Origin: Raillietiella orientalis
Taxonomy: Eukaryota
Length of the DNA stretch: 64,000 nt
Assembly (NCBI GenBank): GCA_036172245.1
Contig: JAYWIR010000001.1
Coordinates: forward strand, 4,278,001-4,342,000
Reading direction: 5' to 3'
Part shown: one piece after another, positions 63,101 to 64,000 of the stretch
Layout: every line of letters starts with the position of its first letter
Numbering within the stretch: the stretch's first letter is position 1
Made by a program: the position numbers and the translations under genes
The notes under the pieces: generated by a model
Told to the model about the DNA's origin: nothing
Seen by the model: only the letters and a program-made list of their open reading frames with translations
Database searches by the model: none

Positions 63101-64000
63101 ATCCAGAGCATCAGGAGTCCTCAGCTGCGTTGCCAGTAAGAAGGGTCGAAGACGCGCCACGTGGATGGAGGGGGGGATGTTTCTCGGAGCCTCCTTCGCC
63201 CCGCCTTTGTTCTGTATTCGGGATGAGTGCTGGAGCAACGTACAATTCCGAGGGAAGCTACCCTTTCCTCTTGCAGCTGAGCTACCCTTCCGAGGACGAC
63301 GACAGCCAGTGCTCGCCGAGCGACGGCGTGGTCTTCTCGAGAGATGGTTCGAAAGACAGTGAGGAGGAGACTCGTAGAGCCGAGGACCCTTCACGAATGT
63401 CCTTGAGGGAGATCTTTGCACGATCTTGGTTAAAGGCGCATTCTTTCGATGCGCCCCAAACCAGGAGCCTCCGACAGTTTGCCCGCCACCTTTGCCTTCT
63501 AACCCTCCCCCTTTTACAGAAGAAAGCGAAGCCAAGGAACAGCAGCTTCTTTGCCGCCAGAATCGTGGGAGCCGACCTCTGCAGGTGCTTTCTTTCTTCC
63601 TTGGATAAAGGGGAAGAGAGCGCCTCGTGGCCTCTCTGCAGCCGAGGAACAGGAAGAGAAGATGCGTCCGTCCACTCTCTTGCTCATATCGCCTGCGGGC
63701 TGCGCCCTACTCCACAGCATGCCTTTGCGCGCCGGAGACGTGCCTTGTCCCCTCTGCCCTCCCCCCGAAATGGCGCTCCTTTAGGCTAAGGAAGCATGTG
63801 GCCGTCTGCGTGCGCTGAAAATGCGGAGGTCACCGGGCAAGCGAATTCCTGTTAGGAAAGTACCCACAGGCAATTCTCCCTTTATTCGAGACAGGATCAG
63901 GAGGCAAATGTCGACACGGCTCTTTCACGAGGGAAGCAAGTTGTTTGTTAACCTGGGGAGAGCGGGGAAGCTGCCTGAAGGGCCTGGAGACGCGGGGCTG

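Noticed and set aside
59757-63789. Possible plus-strand exons (59757-59892; acceptor before 63277 giving LSYPSEDDDSQCSPSDGVVF...)
   Set aside because: Isolated splice-like sites; no coherent gene model or known domain.

Overview
Eukaryotic (metazoan-like; taxon not assignable by eye) genomic DNA with spliceosomal introns. Most ORFs in the supplied track look like GC-rich noise. Two protein-coding genes could be reconstructed exon by exon. (i) A minus-strand GDPD1/GDPD3-family lysophospholipase D (3854-4967, five exons, 50-149 nt introns); its 5' exons carrying the TM segment and HRGG-xx-ENT motif were not found. (ii) A plus-strand 3-beta-hydroxysteroid dehydrogenase-like extended SDR (50393-55087, five exons, all phase-1 introns); its first exon was not located. 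The best candidate for something undescribed is a pair of diverged, highly structured RNA-like elements on the + strand (16234-16842 and 37566-37816). They share collinear conserved blocks, G-U-containing helices and compensatory changes, and copy 1 carries a 329-nt hairpin-rich expansion inside one helix. I could not match them to any RNA family I know. Also present: a Foldback-like element with inverted arrays of a 14-bp minisatellite (45080-46199), three copies of a diverged CRE-containing element (25.4-26.9 kb), a ~210-bp duplication, a palindromic TATA with divergent spliced but apparently non-coding transcripts (~10.75 kb), sharp base-composition domains, and many microsatellite or homopurine tracts.
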